A DNA stretch of 43,098 nt from Actinomycetota bacterium (lineage in GTDB: Bacteria; Actinomycetota; Actinomycetes; Nanopelagicales; Nanopelagicaceae): contig JABMMO010000004.1 in the NCBI GenBank assembly GCA_013205455.1, forward strand, positions 1 to 43,098, given 5' to 3'. Under the pieces are notes generated by a model, which did not search any database, was not told where the DNA came from, and saw only the letters and a program-made list of their open reading frames with translations. The position numbers and the translations under genes were made by a program. Shown here piece after piece: positions 21,323 through 29,753 of this stretch. The stretch's first letter is position 1, and each line of letters begins with the position of its first letter.

Positions 21323-22203
21323 TGACAAATCCGAGAGTTAGATTGCACAATGCAAAAGTTGGCATAGTTCCATTGAATTGGAAATATGATCCAAACCAAA
21401 AAGAGAAATTCCTTTCAGAAATTGCGCAATATGGTTTTGCAGGAATTCAAGTTTCAGGTGAACAAGCCGAATCCTCGGAATTTCGCGAGTTGATGAAAAA
21501 ATATAACGTTGCGCCTGCCGAACAATATTTGCCAATTAAATGTAATGAGGATGGTCTGCTGCCAGGAGCCGAAGCCGAAGCTGAGTTAATAATTAAGCAA
21601 GCTGGGGGTGCTGGCGTTGAAATGATCGTCTTTGCGGCGGATGGCTCCGAAGATCGCGACCGGAGCGCTGGAAATGCGGATAACGGTCCCGGACTTTCCG
21701 AAATGGGATTTAAAGTTATGGCCGAATTTGTGGAGCGCCATGCGGCAGTTGCAGCAACGCACGGAATGAAATCTTCATTTCATCCACATGGTGCTACTTA
21801 TATTGAAACTCCGCGTGAAACTAAGAAGCTAATGGCGATGTTAAGTGAAAAAATTGGGCTCTGTTTAGATGTTGGACATTGGATTGTTGGCGGCGGCGAT
21901 CCAGTTCTAGCGGTAGCCGAATATGGCGATCGGATTTCACATGTTCACGTAAAAGATGTGAGCGGCGATGTGTTGGCAAAAATGATCTCAAAAGAAGTTG
22001 AAACCATGGGTTTTGCCGTTGATGAATTAAAACTCTTTGTTCCAGCTGGCACCGGTCTATTAAAAGTTAAAGAGTTATTTATTGCGCTCGATAAATTAAA
22101 TTATTCTGGATGGTTAATGAGCGAACAGGACACTGCTTGGGAGCCTTCGCAAGAAGCCTCTGCGGTGTCAATGGCCAATATCCAAGCTGCGTTAACTAGC
22201 TAA
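21322..22203 (+). CDS. Xylose-isomerase-like TIM-barrel protein (sugar phosphate isomerase/epimerase; IolE-like paralog 1)
   Basis: The start overlaps the GH63-like stop by 1 nt (TAATG). Blocks GIVPLNW, FHPHGATYIET, LDVGHWIVGGGDP, HVHVKDV, GWLMSEQD parallel B. subtilis IolE-type proteins. Confidence 0.7.
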   Translation: MTNPRVRLHNAKVGIVPLNWKYDPNQKEKFLSEIAQYGFAGIQVSGEQAESSEFRELMKKYNVAPAEQYLPIKCNEDGLLPGAEAEAELIIKQAGGAGVEMIVFAADGSEDRDRSAGNADNGPGLSEMGFKVMAEFVERHAAVAATHGMKSSFHPHGATYIETPRETKKLMAMLSEKIGLCLDVGHWIVGGGDPVLAVAEYGDRISHVHVKDVSGDVLAKMISKEVETMGFAVDELKLFVPAGTGLLKVKELFIALDKLNYSGWLMSEQDTAWEPSQEASAVSMANIQAALTS

Positions 22204-24029
22204 AACTTTCGCTGGGCTTTCTTCCCATCAATTAATTTAGCACGAGCTTCTTGAATTGATTTCTTATCAGAAACTTCAGGAATACCAACTTCCCAGAATG
22301 CGCCACCTTCGGTCCAAGTAGTTGGAGCAGTGTCGATAACAATTACTACAACTTCTTTAGAGTCAGCATTTGCCAGTAATTGCTTTGTTAGTTCTGAAAT
22401 TGAAGTAACTCGATGGGTATTAGCTCCCATAGATTTTGCATGAGCAACAAAATCGACCCTGGCAGCAGATTCATTTTCAGTAATCATGGTTCTAAATGAA
22501 GCTGCGCCATTTCCAGTTTGCAACCTTGAGATCACGGCGAAGCCACCGTTATCGCAGAGTATTAAAGTCAATGGATATCCATGGAGTACGGCGCTATAAA
22601 TATCCGAATTGAGCATCATGTAAGAACCATCGCCGGTCATTGCAATGACTCGGCCGGTTTTCTTCATATCTTTTTGCGCAATTGCAGCTCCGAATGCGCC
22701 GCTGATTTCATAGCCCATGCATGAAAAACCATATTCACAATCAAATGATGCGATTGATTTAGCAAGCCAATTGTTATTTAACTCGCCGGGTAAACCTCCA
22801 GCTGCCGTTAATACATAATCTTCAGGTCGAGCAGTTTCATTAGCCGCAATTACAACTTGGGCATAAGTTGGTAAATCGGACTTCAATTTTTCGCGGCTAG
22901 TGCGTAATACCACGTTGCTATTTTTTAACGATTTAGCTCGAGCGATCCAATTCGCTCTATTAGTAGGTTTAACTTGAATGCGTAGCTCTGAAATCGTGGC
23001 CAGCGCATCGCCCACCACAGCGATTGCACGTCGTTTTGTAGCATCAAATCGAGCGGCATTTATAGCGACGATATCTTTATCTCCAAATAAGGTCCAAGAA
23101 CCAGTTGTGAAATCTTGCAACCGAGTTCCGATTGCAATAATTAAATCGGATTCACTTACCAATTCATTAACTGGATCTGAGCCAGTAACACCTAGTGGGC
23201 CAACAAGCAGGGGATCATTCCACGGGAGCGAAGATTTTCCTGCCATAGTTTCAACTACAGGAATCTGTTGTTCTTTTGCGAAGGCTGCAAGTTCTTTTTC
23301 GGCAAGTGAGTAATGAACGCCACCGCCTGCAACCAGGATTGGTCGCTTGGCGTTATTTATCAGCGCAACGCATTTATTCAATTCACTCAAATCTGGGCGA
23401 GGTCTTGGAATTTCATGAATAGTTTCGTTAAAGAATTCTGCTGGATAATCAAACGCTGTTGCTTGCACATCTTGTGGCAACGCAAAAAAAGTTGGGCCGC
23501 AACTAGCTGGATCTAACATCGTCATCAAGGCTTGCGGTAACGCAGTTAAAATTTGTGAAGGGTTAGTAATCCGATCCCAGAATCTAACTACTGGGCGGAA
23601 GGCGTCGTTAACAGTGGTTGAAGGTTCACCAAAATGTTCAACTTGTTGCAGCACTGGGTCTGGATTTCTACTTTGAAAAGTATCGCCAACTAAAATTAAC
23701 ATCGGTAATCGATTTGCTAACGCAGTTCCGGCTGCAGTAACCACATTTAGCGCACCTGGTCCGATTGAAGTTGTTACTACCATGCACTGTTGGCGGCGCA
23801 TTGCTTTCGCATAAGCTACAGCAGCTAAACCCATGCCTTCTTCACTCTGGCCACGGAATGTTTTCATCTCATTTTGTGAATCAAAGAGCGCATCACCAAG
23901 ACTTAACGCATTGCCATGTCCAAAAATTGCAAATGTTCCAGCAAAGTAAGGTTTAACTTCACCATTAATAATTATTTTTTGCGCGGTCAACCAGCGAACT
24001 ATGGCTTGCGATGTAGTCATCAAAGTCAT
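22200..24029 (-). CDS. iolD: 3D-(3,5/4)-trihydroxycyclohexane-1,2-dione acylhydrolase (ThDP-dependent)
   Basis: I chose the ATG at 24029, which forms an ATGA overlap with the iolB stop. ThDP/Mg motif GDGSYMMLNSD. Size and context (iolC-iolB-iolD) fit. Confidence 0.88.
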   Translation of the reverse strand: MTLMTTSQAIVRWLTAQKIIINGEVKPYFAGTFAIFGHGNALSLGDALFDSQNEMKTFRGQSEEGMGLAAVAYAKAMRRQQCMVVTTSIGPGALNVVTAAGTALANRLPMLILVGDTFQSRNPDPVLQQVEHFGEPSTTVNDAFRPVVRFWDRITNPSQILTALPQALMTMLDPASCGPTFFALPQDVQATAFDYPAEFFNETIHEIPRPRPDLSELNKCVALINNAKRPILVAGGGVHYSLAEKELAAFAKEQQIPVVETMAGKSSLPWNDPLLVGPLGVTGSDPVNELVSESDLIIAIGTRLQDFTTGSWTLFGDKDIVAINAARFDATKRRAIAVVGDALATISELRIQVKPTNRANWIARAKSLKNSNVVLRTSREKLKSDLPTYAQVVIAANETARPEDYVLTAAGGLPGELNNNWLAKSIASFDCEYGFSCMGYEISGAFGAAIAQKDMKKTGRVIAMTGDGSYMMLNSDIYSAVLHGYPLTLILCDNGGFAVISRLQTGNGAASFRTMITENESAARVDFVAHAKSMGANTHRVTSISELTKQLLANADSKEVVVIVIDTAPTTWTEGGAFWEVGIPEVSDKKSIQEARAKLIDGKKAQRKF

Positions 24030-24904
24030 TGCTTCACCTGCCAGGGAGCTCGGGGATCGGGAATTTGGTGCTTCCAACTATCTCTAAGCCAAGCATGGTT
24101 GGGATCGTCGCAAAAATCCATAGTGCGCTTTCGGCTCGGACCTGCGAGAACATTTAAGTAGTACATCGGATAACCCGGCATCGCAGCGCAAGGACCGTGG
24201 TAACCCCGCGGGACTAAGTAAATGTCACCATCATGAATAGTTACGGTCTCATCAAAGAAATCAGGATCTTCCGGCGCAGAGTAAGTTCGATGAAGTCCGA
24301 AACCCTCGCTATCGCCATGTACACTCGATATTTTTCCAATTCTAAAATAATAAATTTCTTCATTCTCAACATCGCAACCCTTGATGCCATCATGTCGATG
24401 TGGCGGAAAGCTAGATACATTGCCATCCGGAGTGATAATTTCAACAGCCATTAATTTTTCAGCGTTAGGGAATACTTCTGGGTGCATGAAGGGGCGAACT
24501 TCGCGAGTAGCCATTCCTGCTCCACGAATTTCTACCTTGCTTATTTTTTCAACATAGCAACTTGGGAAGTTTGATTTTACTGAAGCGGTAGCAATCGCAA
24601 CTTCTCCGGCAGTTTCTGTAATTATCTCAACCTTTTCATTTGATGCGATATATACCCAATCACTTGCGCCAGCAAAAACTCCAGATCGCCCAACTAATAA
24701 ATGTTCATTGCCGGAGACGTTAACTTTGAAATTTTGTAGGTTTAATGGAATTAGAGCTGCTTCAATATCTCCAGAAAAGTATTGAGAAATATCGGTTTTC
24801 CCAGCCGTGATGCTTATTACTTGTAATCCGGAATATCGCCACCCGGCCATTTCTGGAGTTATCGATTTAACGCCAGAGCTAAATGGGAAGAAGCGTTCGC
24901 TCAC
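24026..24904 (-). CDS. iolB: 5-deoxy-glucuronate isomerase
   Basis: Cupin-type protein with AGWRYSGLQV and FPPHRHD blocks. ATGA overlaps occur at both ends, with iolC and iolD. Confidence 0.85.
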   Translation of the reverse strand: MSERFFPFSSGVKSITPEMAGWRYSGLQVISITAGKTDISQYFSGDIEAALIPLNLQNFKVNVSGNEHLLVGRSGVFAGASDWVYIASNEKVEIITETAGEVAIATASVKSNFPSCYVEKISKVEIRGAGMATREVRPFMHPEVFPNAEKLMAVEIITPDGNVSSFPPHRHDGIKGCDVENEEIYYFRIGKISSVHGDSEGFGLHRTYSAPEDPDFFDETVTIHDGDIYLVPRGYHGPCAAMPGYPMYYLNVLAGPSRKRTMDFCDDPNHAWLRDSWKHQIPDPRAPWQVKQ

Positions 24905-25842
24905 TTTGAACGCTCCATCAATTCTCGAACTTGAACTTCAGTCGGCATTGCATCACTGCACATTAATTGGGAAGCAACATAAGCTCCAGCGCCATTTGCA
25001 AAGGAGACTGAATCTTCTGGACTCCAGCCAGATAAGAGCCCATGTACTACGCCCGCACCAAATGCATCGCCGGCACCTAAGCCACATTTAGTTTTTATAC
25101 GTAGCCCTGGAATTGCAGTGGCGCTATTTCCATGAGCTACCAATACGCCAGTAGAACCACCTTTAACGATCGCCAATTTCGGGCCCATGGAGAGCAAGGC
25201 AGCCGCGAATTCTGCAGCGCTAGAGTTTTTCGGTAAGCCAGTTGCTACCGCGCACTCTTCCAAGTTTCCAATTGCGATAGTTGCATACTTAACTGCAGCA
25301 GAAATATCTTTATGAGCAATTTCAGGCGAACTCCAAAACGAAGGTCGATAATCAAGATCAAAGATTACTTCGCCACTTCGTACTTTAAGCAACTCAATTA
25401 CAGTATTGGAAAGCGGTGTTTGTGAAAGGGTAGACCCAGTAAACCAAAAATATTTTGCGGATTGAACTGCTTTGGTTAACCCTTCTGAATTTTCTACTTT
25501 TGTATCTGGCGCGCTGCTATCGCGATAAAAAATAAATTCAGGGTTATCTGGATCTTTAATACCCGCAACCACAATCGGGGTCTTCCCAGTTGGAGTTTTA
25601 ATTACAAATTCTGTTGAAACGCTGAATTTTTTTAATTCGTCAATCGCAAATTTGCCGAGCGCATCGCTGGCAACTCCAGTTATTACTGCGGTTTTATGGC
25701 CATATCTAGCAGTTCCAATCGCAACATTTGTAGGGCTGCCACCCACAGATTTCTGAAATGTTTGCGGATCAGATAAGCCGTGACCTTCTTCTTGCCCATA
25801 TAAATCAACGCTAATTCGGCCAATGGTGAGGAGGTCTAACAT
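24901..25842 (-). CDS. iolC: 5-dehydro-2-deoxygluconokinase (PfkB family)
   Basis: N-terminal LLTIGRISVDLYGQ, SVGGSPTNVAIG, and C-terminal GAGDAFGAG ribokinase-family motif. First gene of the iolCBD operon. Confidence 0.85.
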   Translation of the reverse strand: MLDLLTIGRISVDLYGQEEGHGLSDPQTFQKSVGGSPTNVAIGTARYGHKTAVITGVASDALGKFAIDELKKFSVSTEFVIKTPTGKTPIVVAGIKDPDNPEFIFYRDSSAPDTKVENSEGLTKAVQSAKYFWFTGSTLSQTPLSNTVIELLKVRSGEVIFDLDYRPSFWSSPEIAHKDISAAVKYATIAIGNLEECAVATGLPKNSSAAEFAAALLSMGPKLAIVKGGSTGVLVAHGNSATAIPGLRIKTKCGLGAGDAFGAGVVHGLLSGWSPEDSVSFANGAGAYVASQLMCSDAMPTEVQVRELMERSK

Positions 25843-25916
25843 GTGTGGATTCTACCGATATGCGCGTAGCAAAGATATCCCGAGCGCTCCGATTATCTTT
25901 CTGAACGAGATTTTGC

Positions 25917-26699
25917 TTGACTATATACATGGAGATGCATTCAACCAGCGTGATGACTCTCGCCATTGATTGCGGCGGGTTATTTATCAAAGGCTCGGTT
26001 CTAGATAGCGCTGGCACGTTACATGCGCAGCCAGTGGCAGTGCCAACTCCATATCCACTTTCTCCAACTCATTTGATTGAAACTATTGATGGCATCTCAA
26101 AAGGTTTACCGAATTTTGATCGACTAACTGTAGGAATGCCTGGCATGTTGCGACATGGCGTTGTTGTGCATACACCTCATTACATAAATGCAAAAGGTCC
26201 ACGCACTCGAATTGAGCCAGAGTTAGAAAAACAATGGAAAGGTTTTGATATTCAACGAGCCTTTGCGGAACATTTCAAAAAGCCTGCAATCGTTTTAAAT
26301 GATGCTGAAGTGCATGGAGCTGGTGTAATTAATGGTTCTGGATTAGAAGTTGTAATTACGCTTGGAACTGGGCTCGGATTCTCAATGTTTGATGGTGGAA
26401 AACTTGCACCACACTTTGAAATGTCAATGGCGCCGGTACGGAGAAACACCACTTATGACACTTGGGTTGGCGAGACTGAACTCCGTCGTCTTGGTGATTT
26501 ATTCTGGTCGCGTCGAATCCGATTAATGGTTGAAGATCTTCGAAAAGTTTTTCATTGGGATCGTCTTTATATTGGCGGGGGTAATTCACGTCGTATTCGC
26601 ACTGAAGTTCTGCAAGTTTTAGGCGATGACGTAGTGATCGTTTCTAATACCGCCGGAATTTTGGGAGGCGTTAAAGCCTGGTCATTGGAGCAAATTTAA
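25917..26699 (+). CDS. ROK-fold sugar kinase, polyphosphate-glucokinase (PpgK)-like
   Basis: LAIDCGGLFIKG (phosphate-1), VLNDAEVHGAG (catalytic Asp region), ITLGTGLGFSMF, and C-terminal YIGGGNS...NTAGILGG. The start is uncertain: TTG 25917, ATG 25929, 25935 or 25953. EMSM replaces the usual ELGH. Confidence 0.7.
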   Translation: MTIYMEMHSTSVMTLAIDCGGLFIKGSVLDSAGTLHAQPVAVPTPYPLSPTHLIETIDGISKGLPNFDRLTVGMPGMLRHGVVVHTPHYINAKGPRTRIEPELEKQWKGFDIQRAFAEHFKKPAIVLNDAEVHGAGVINGSGLEVVITLGTGLGFSMFDGGKLAPHFEMSMAPVRRNTTYDTWVGETELRRLGDLFWSRRIRLMVEDLRKVFHWDRLYIGGGNSRRIRTEVLQVLGDDVVIVSNTAGILGGVKAWSLEQI

Positions 26700-27578
26700 T
26701 TGGATTTGAAAAAGCAATTAGCCGGCGCACCAATTTCTTGGGGCGTTTGCGAAGCAAACGGTTGGGGTTATCAAATTGAAGCCGACCGGGTGTTAACTGA
26801 AATGCGCGAATGCGGAATTACCGCGACAGAGTTAGGCCCTGATGGTTACCTGCCGCAAAATGCAAAAGAGTTAGCAAGAGTTTTAGATGGACATGGTTTA
26901 GATTTATGTGGCGCCTTCGTTCCGATTGTTTTACATAAAAAAGATCGCTTGAAAGCGTCCTATGAAAGAGCACGCCGCCAAGCAGAAGTCTTAGCCAAAT
27001 TAAATGCTGGTAATTTTGTATTGGCTACGCCAGCTGAAGATGGCGATTACGACTCTCGAGATCCGATGGATGCCGAAGCGAAGGCAGTATTTTCGGAGTC
27101 GCTACCAATGATCACTGAGATTGCCAAAGAATTTGGTTTGGAAATGGTGTTACATCCACACGCAGGCACAATGTTTGAAACGCCAAATGATTTAGATTTC
27201 TTACTAAATGAAACTGACATCAACTTATGTCTTGATACTGGACATATTGTGGTTGGCGGTGGCAATCCTTTGGATATTGCTAAGCGCGCGGGTTCACGAG
27301 TGAAACATGTTCATCTAAAAGATTGTGATGCAGCCGCGGCCGCACGGATTCAAAATCGAACTTCGACTTATTCAACTGAAGTTAAAAATGGCATGTATAA
27401 GCCACTTGGGCAGGGCGATGCTCAAATATCTGAAGTAATTCGCTTTCTTGATGGCATTAATTACGAAGGCAAACTAGTATTAGAACAAGATGTGATGCTC
27501 GATCAAGCTCCAGCAGTTGGAGCCGGTCCAATTTCAGCAGTAAGAGAAAGTATTGATTTCCTAAAATCTATACTTTAA
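26700..27578 (+). CDS. iolE: Xylose-isomerase-like TIM-barrel protein, probable inosose dehydratase (IolE-like paralog 2)
   Basis: The TTG start directly follows the upstream TAA, with GGAG 9 nt upstream. LAGAPISWGVCE N-terminus, LHPHAGTMFET, LDTGHIVVGGGNP, HVHLKDC, and LVLEQD near the C-terminal end. Confidence 0.6.
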   Translation: MDLKKQLAGAPISWGVCEANGWGYQIEADRVLTEMRECGITATELGPDGYLPQNAKELARVLDGHGLDLCGAFVPIVLHKKDRLKASYERARRQAEVLAKLNAGNFVLATPAEDGDYDSRDPMDAEAKAVFSESLPMITEIAKEFGLEMVLHPHAGTMFETPNDLDFLLNETDINLCLDTGHIVVGGGNPLDIAKRAGSRVKHVHLKDCDAAAAARIQNRTSTYSTEVKNGMYKPLGQGDAQISEVIRFLDGINYEGKLVLEQDVMLDQAPAVGAGPISAVRESIDFLKSIL

Positions 27579-27638
27579 TTTTTTAGAGGTGCGAGACCGA
27601 TTTATGCAGTGATAAAGAATTCAAATTTCCTAAAGTAA

Positions 27639-28490
27639 TTAATTACAAGCTTTGAACTTCAATAACTCCGTGCCATTTAGATCAAAACCATCATCAGGTG
27701 CAACATGTAGGAATAGATCATTGTTTTCGCTTGTGAGTGCAAATGGATTTCGTGTCAGTACATGACCAGCTTTGCTGAAGAATTGAATTGGTGTTTCATA
27801 ATCTATTCGTCGGTTGACAAAGTCAACTATGGCCATACCGCCTAATTCATAATCGCCTAACCCATTTGACTGAGGCAAGTTGGCGATTCCACCGCAAATC
27901 ACCTGACCGTTACCAGCGAACTGAGAATCTTGATAGTCAATAAAACTACTTGGATTTTCCCAGCGATCGAGTTCTTTACCATCGGAGTTCCAAGCATAAA
28001 ACTCTCGAGATCCCCAATTTCCACCATATATGGAACCGGTCTCTGAGTTACTTAACGCCCACCCAATCGAATCCTTTACTTGAAACCTTTCGGTAACTTG
28101 AAAATTTTTTGCATCAATAGTTAACATCATGCTCTTACCTTTTGGTCTATATTCTCCGACCGGCACCCAAACATTCGTGCCATCGAAATCTATTCCACCA
28201 GGGTGGTACATATCGCCCGCACCTATGGTTATATCTTTTAGCAGTTTTCCAGCGTGATCGGTTACAAACATATGACCAAGACCACGTCCCGGAGTCGATA
28301 GCGTCGGATCAAAGACATTTAGGGGTTTTTCTAAAACCTCGACCGATGAAAGAAAAATGTAATCACCAACAAAAGCCAACCCTTGGGGGTGATGAGTTGA
28401 GAAAGCAAGAGGAATTCGCTCTACTAGCTCCCAACGGGTATGTCGATTTTGACGCCCTACAAGTTCATTAAGGGTTAGCGCGGATTTCAT
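27639..28490 (-). CDS. Hypothetical protein, beta-propeller-like, no recognisable signal peptide
   Basis: 283-aa ORF rich in Gly/Asp/Trp beta-strand-turn repeats (HPQGLAFVGDYIFLSS, GHMFVTD, YHPGGIDFDGTNVWVPV, GWALSN..GSIYGGNWG, LGGMAIVDF). I cannot name the family from memory with confidence. Confidence 0.6.
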   Translation of the reverse strand: MKSALTLNELVGRQNRHTRWELVERIPLAFSTHHPQGLAFVGDYIFLSSVEVLEKPLNVFDPTLSTPGRGLGHMFVTDHAGKLLKDITIGAGDMYHPGGIDFDGTNVWVPVGEYRPKGKSMMLTIDAKNFQVTERFQVKDSIGWALSNSETGSIYGGNWGSREFYAWNSDGKELDRWENPSSFIDYQDSQFAGNGQVICGGIANLPQSNGLGDYELGGMAIVDFVNRRIDYETPIQFFSKAGHVLTRNPFALTSENNDLFLHVAPDDGFDLNGTELLKFKACN

Positions 28491-28510
28491 GCGGAATTGA
28501 GCCTAACTCC

Positions 28511-28538
28511 TTGACGATGTCTGACGTACTGATAGTTT
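28511..28538 (+). promoter_or_regulatory. Candidate sigma70-type promoter for the ABC/GDPD-IMPase operon
   Basis: TTGACG (28511-28516), 16-nt spacer, TAGTTT (28533-28538), about 68 nt upstream of the GTG start. The spacer carries a TGACG-N5-TGACG direct repeat. Confidence 0.3.
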
Positions 28539-28605
28539 ACATCCTACCTGTTCGAAGGAAATCGACATCCGGTCTATTCCTTATTACTTGGAGGAGGCAC
28601 TTTTA

Positions 28606-29748
28606 GTGCGTAAAAATAAACTCGTATCAATACTTGCAGTAGCTGGTTTAGCAGTCGCCACTCTTGGCTTCACTGCATCCACAAGCCACGCTGCAGTATT
28701 TCAAGTTCGTTTGTATGTATCTGGAGATACTAACGTTGAAAGAATGTGGCTTACGGAATTAATTCCCGCATTTGAAAAAGCAAACCCAAATTACAACGTT
28801 GACGTATCTTCTTTTGATCTTCATGGAAAAAATGATGCGCTTACACTCGCAAAAATAATAGCAGCGTCAAAATTAAAAAGAGATGCAGGCTTTGATGTTA
28901 TTGAAGCTGGATTTGTTCAGGAGCTTGGATTAAAAGGCTATTTAACGATTCCTACAAGTTCTCGAATGCCAAATATCAATAACGTTCCTGCTTCGTTATT
29001 AGCAATGAGCAAGGGTGGAATTCCTTATCGAGCCTCAACAGTACTTTTGGCTTATAATTCACAAGTTGTTACAACTCCACCAAAGACTCTTGATGACCTT
29101 ATTGCTTGGATTAAAGCGAACCCAGGCCGTTTCACATATAACGTGCCATCAGGTGGCGGTAGCGGGTATTCATTTGCACAGACCGTTGTCGATAAGTACC
29201 TTACCGATGCAGAAATCGAAAAATTGGTAACTGAAGTTAATAAGCCGCTACAAGCTAAGTGGAAGCAAGGATTTGATTTACTCAAGTCGCTAAACCCTTA
29301 CACATACGGCAAAAATGGAACCTACCCATCAAACAACGCTGCAACTCTTTCGTTGGTTTCTAACGGATCAGTCGATATGGCAACAGTTTGGTCAGATCAG
29401 TTCCTTAGCGGTCTAAAAGCTGGAACCATTCCAAGTTATTGGAAGGTTGCTCAAGTAAGTGACCGATCGCTCACAGGTGGACCAGCAATTTTGGGAATTC
29501 CGAAGGGAACTCGCCAAGGCGTTGCGGCCCAACGTTTCGTGAACTGGTTGCTTTCACCAGTAGCACAGAACATCATCGTGGGTGGCACACTAAACGGCTA
29601 TCCAGTTGTTCCAGTGTCGATGTTGAGCACTGCTAACCAAGGTAAGTTTGCGGTTGGCACAGATGTCTCAAAACTACGCTCGAGCTATTTGTCTAGCAAT
29701 AATACTGATTTCAAAAATCAGTGGGCGCTTGAAGTTCCTGGTAAGTAA
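28606..29748 (+). CDS. ABC transporter periplasmic-type substrate-binding protein (secreted, not lipidated)
   Basis: I chose the GTG at 28606, 8 nt after GGAGGAGG; the track TTG at 28588 lies inside that SD. Signal peptide VRKNKLVSILAVAGLAVATLGFTASTSHA|A. No lipobox Cys. Confidence 0.8.
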   Translation: MRKNKLVSILAVAGLAVATLGFTASTSHAAVFQVRLYVSGDTNVERMWLTELIPAFEKANPNYNVDVSSFDLHGKNDALTLAKIIAASKLKRDAGFDVIEAGFVQELGLKGYLTIPTSSRMPNINNVPASLLAMSKGGIPYRASTVLLAYNSQVVTTPPKTLDDLIAWIKANPGRFTYNVPSGGGSGYSFAQTVVDKYLTDAEIEKLVTEVNKPLQAKWKQGFDLLKSLNPYTYGKNGTYPSNNAATLSLVSNGSVDMATVWSDQFLSGLKAGTIPSYWKVAQVSDRSLTGGPAILGIPKGTRQGVAAQRFVNWLLSPVAQNIIVGGTLNGYPVVPVSMLSTANQGKFAVGTDVSKLRSSYLSSNNTDFKNQWALEVPGK

Positions 29749-29753
29749 ATAGA

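Noticed and set aside
27639-28490. The idea that the beta-propeller-like protein is a beta-propeller phytase, which would fit the inositol-phosphate theme.
   Set aside because: It has no signal peptide, and I see no resemblance to the Bacillus PhyC-type sequence blocks I can recall. The idea rests on fold class only.
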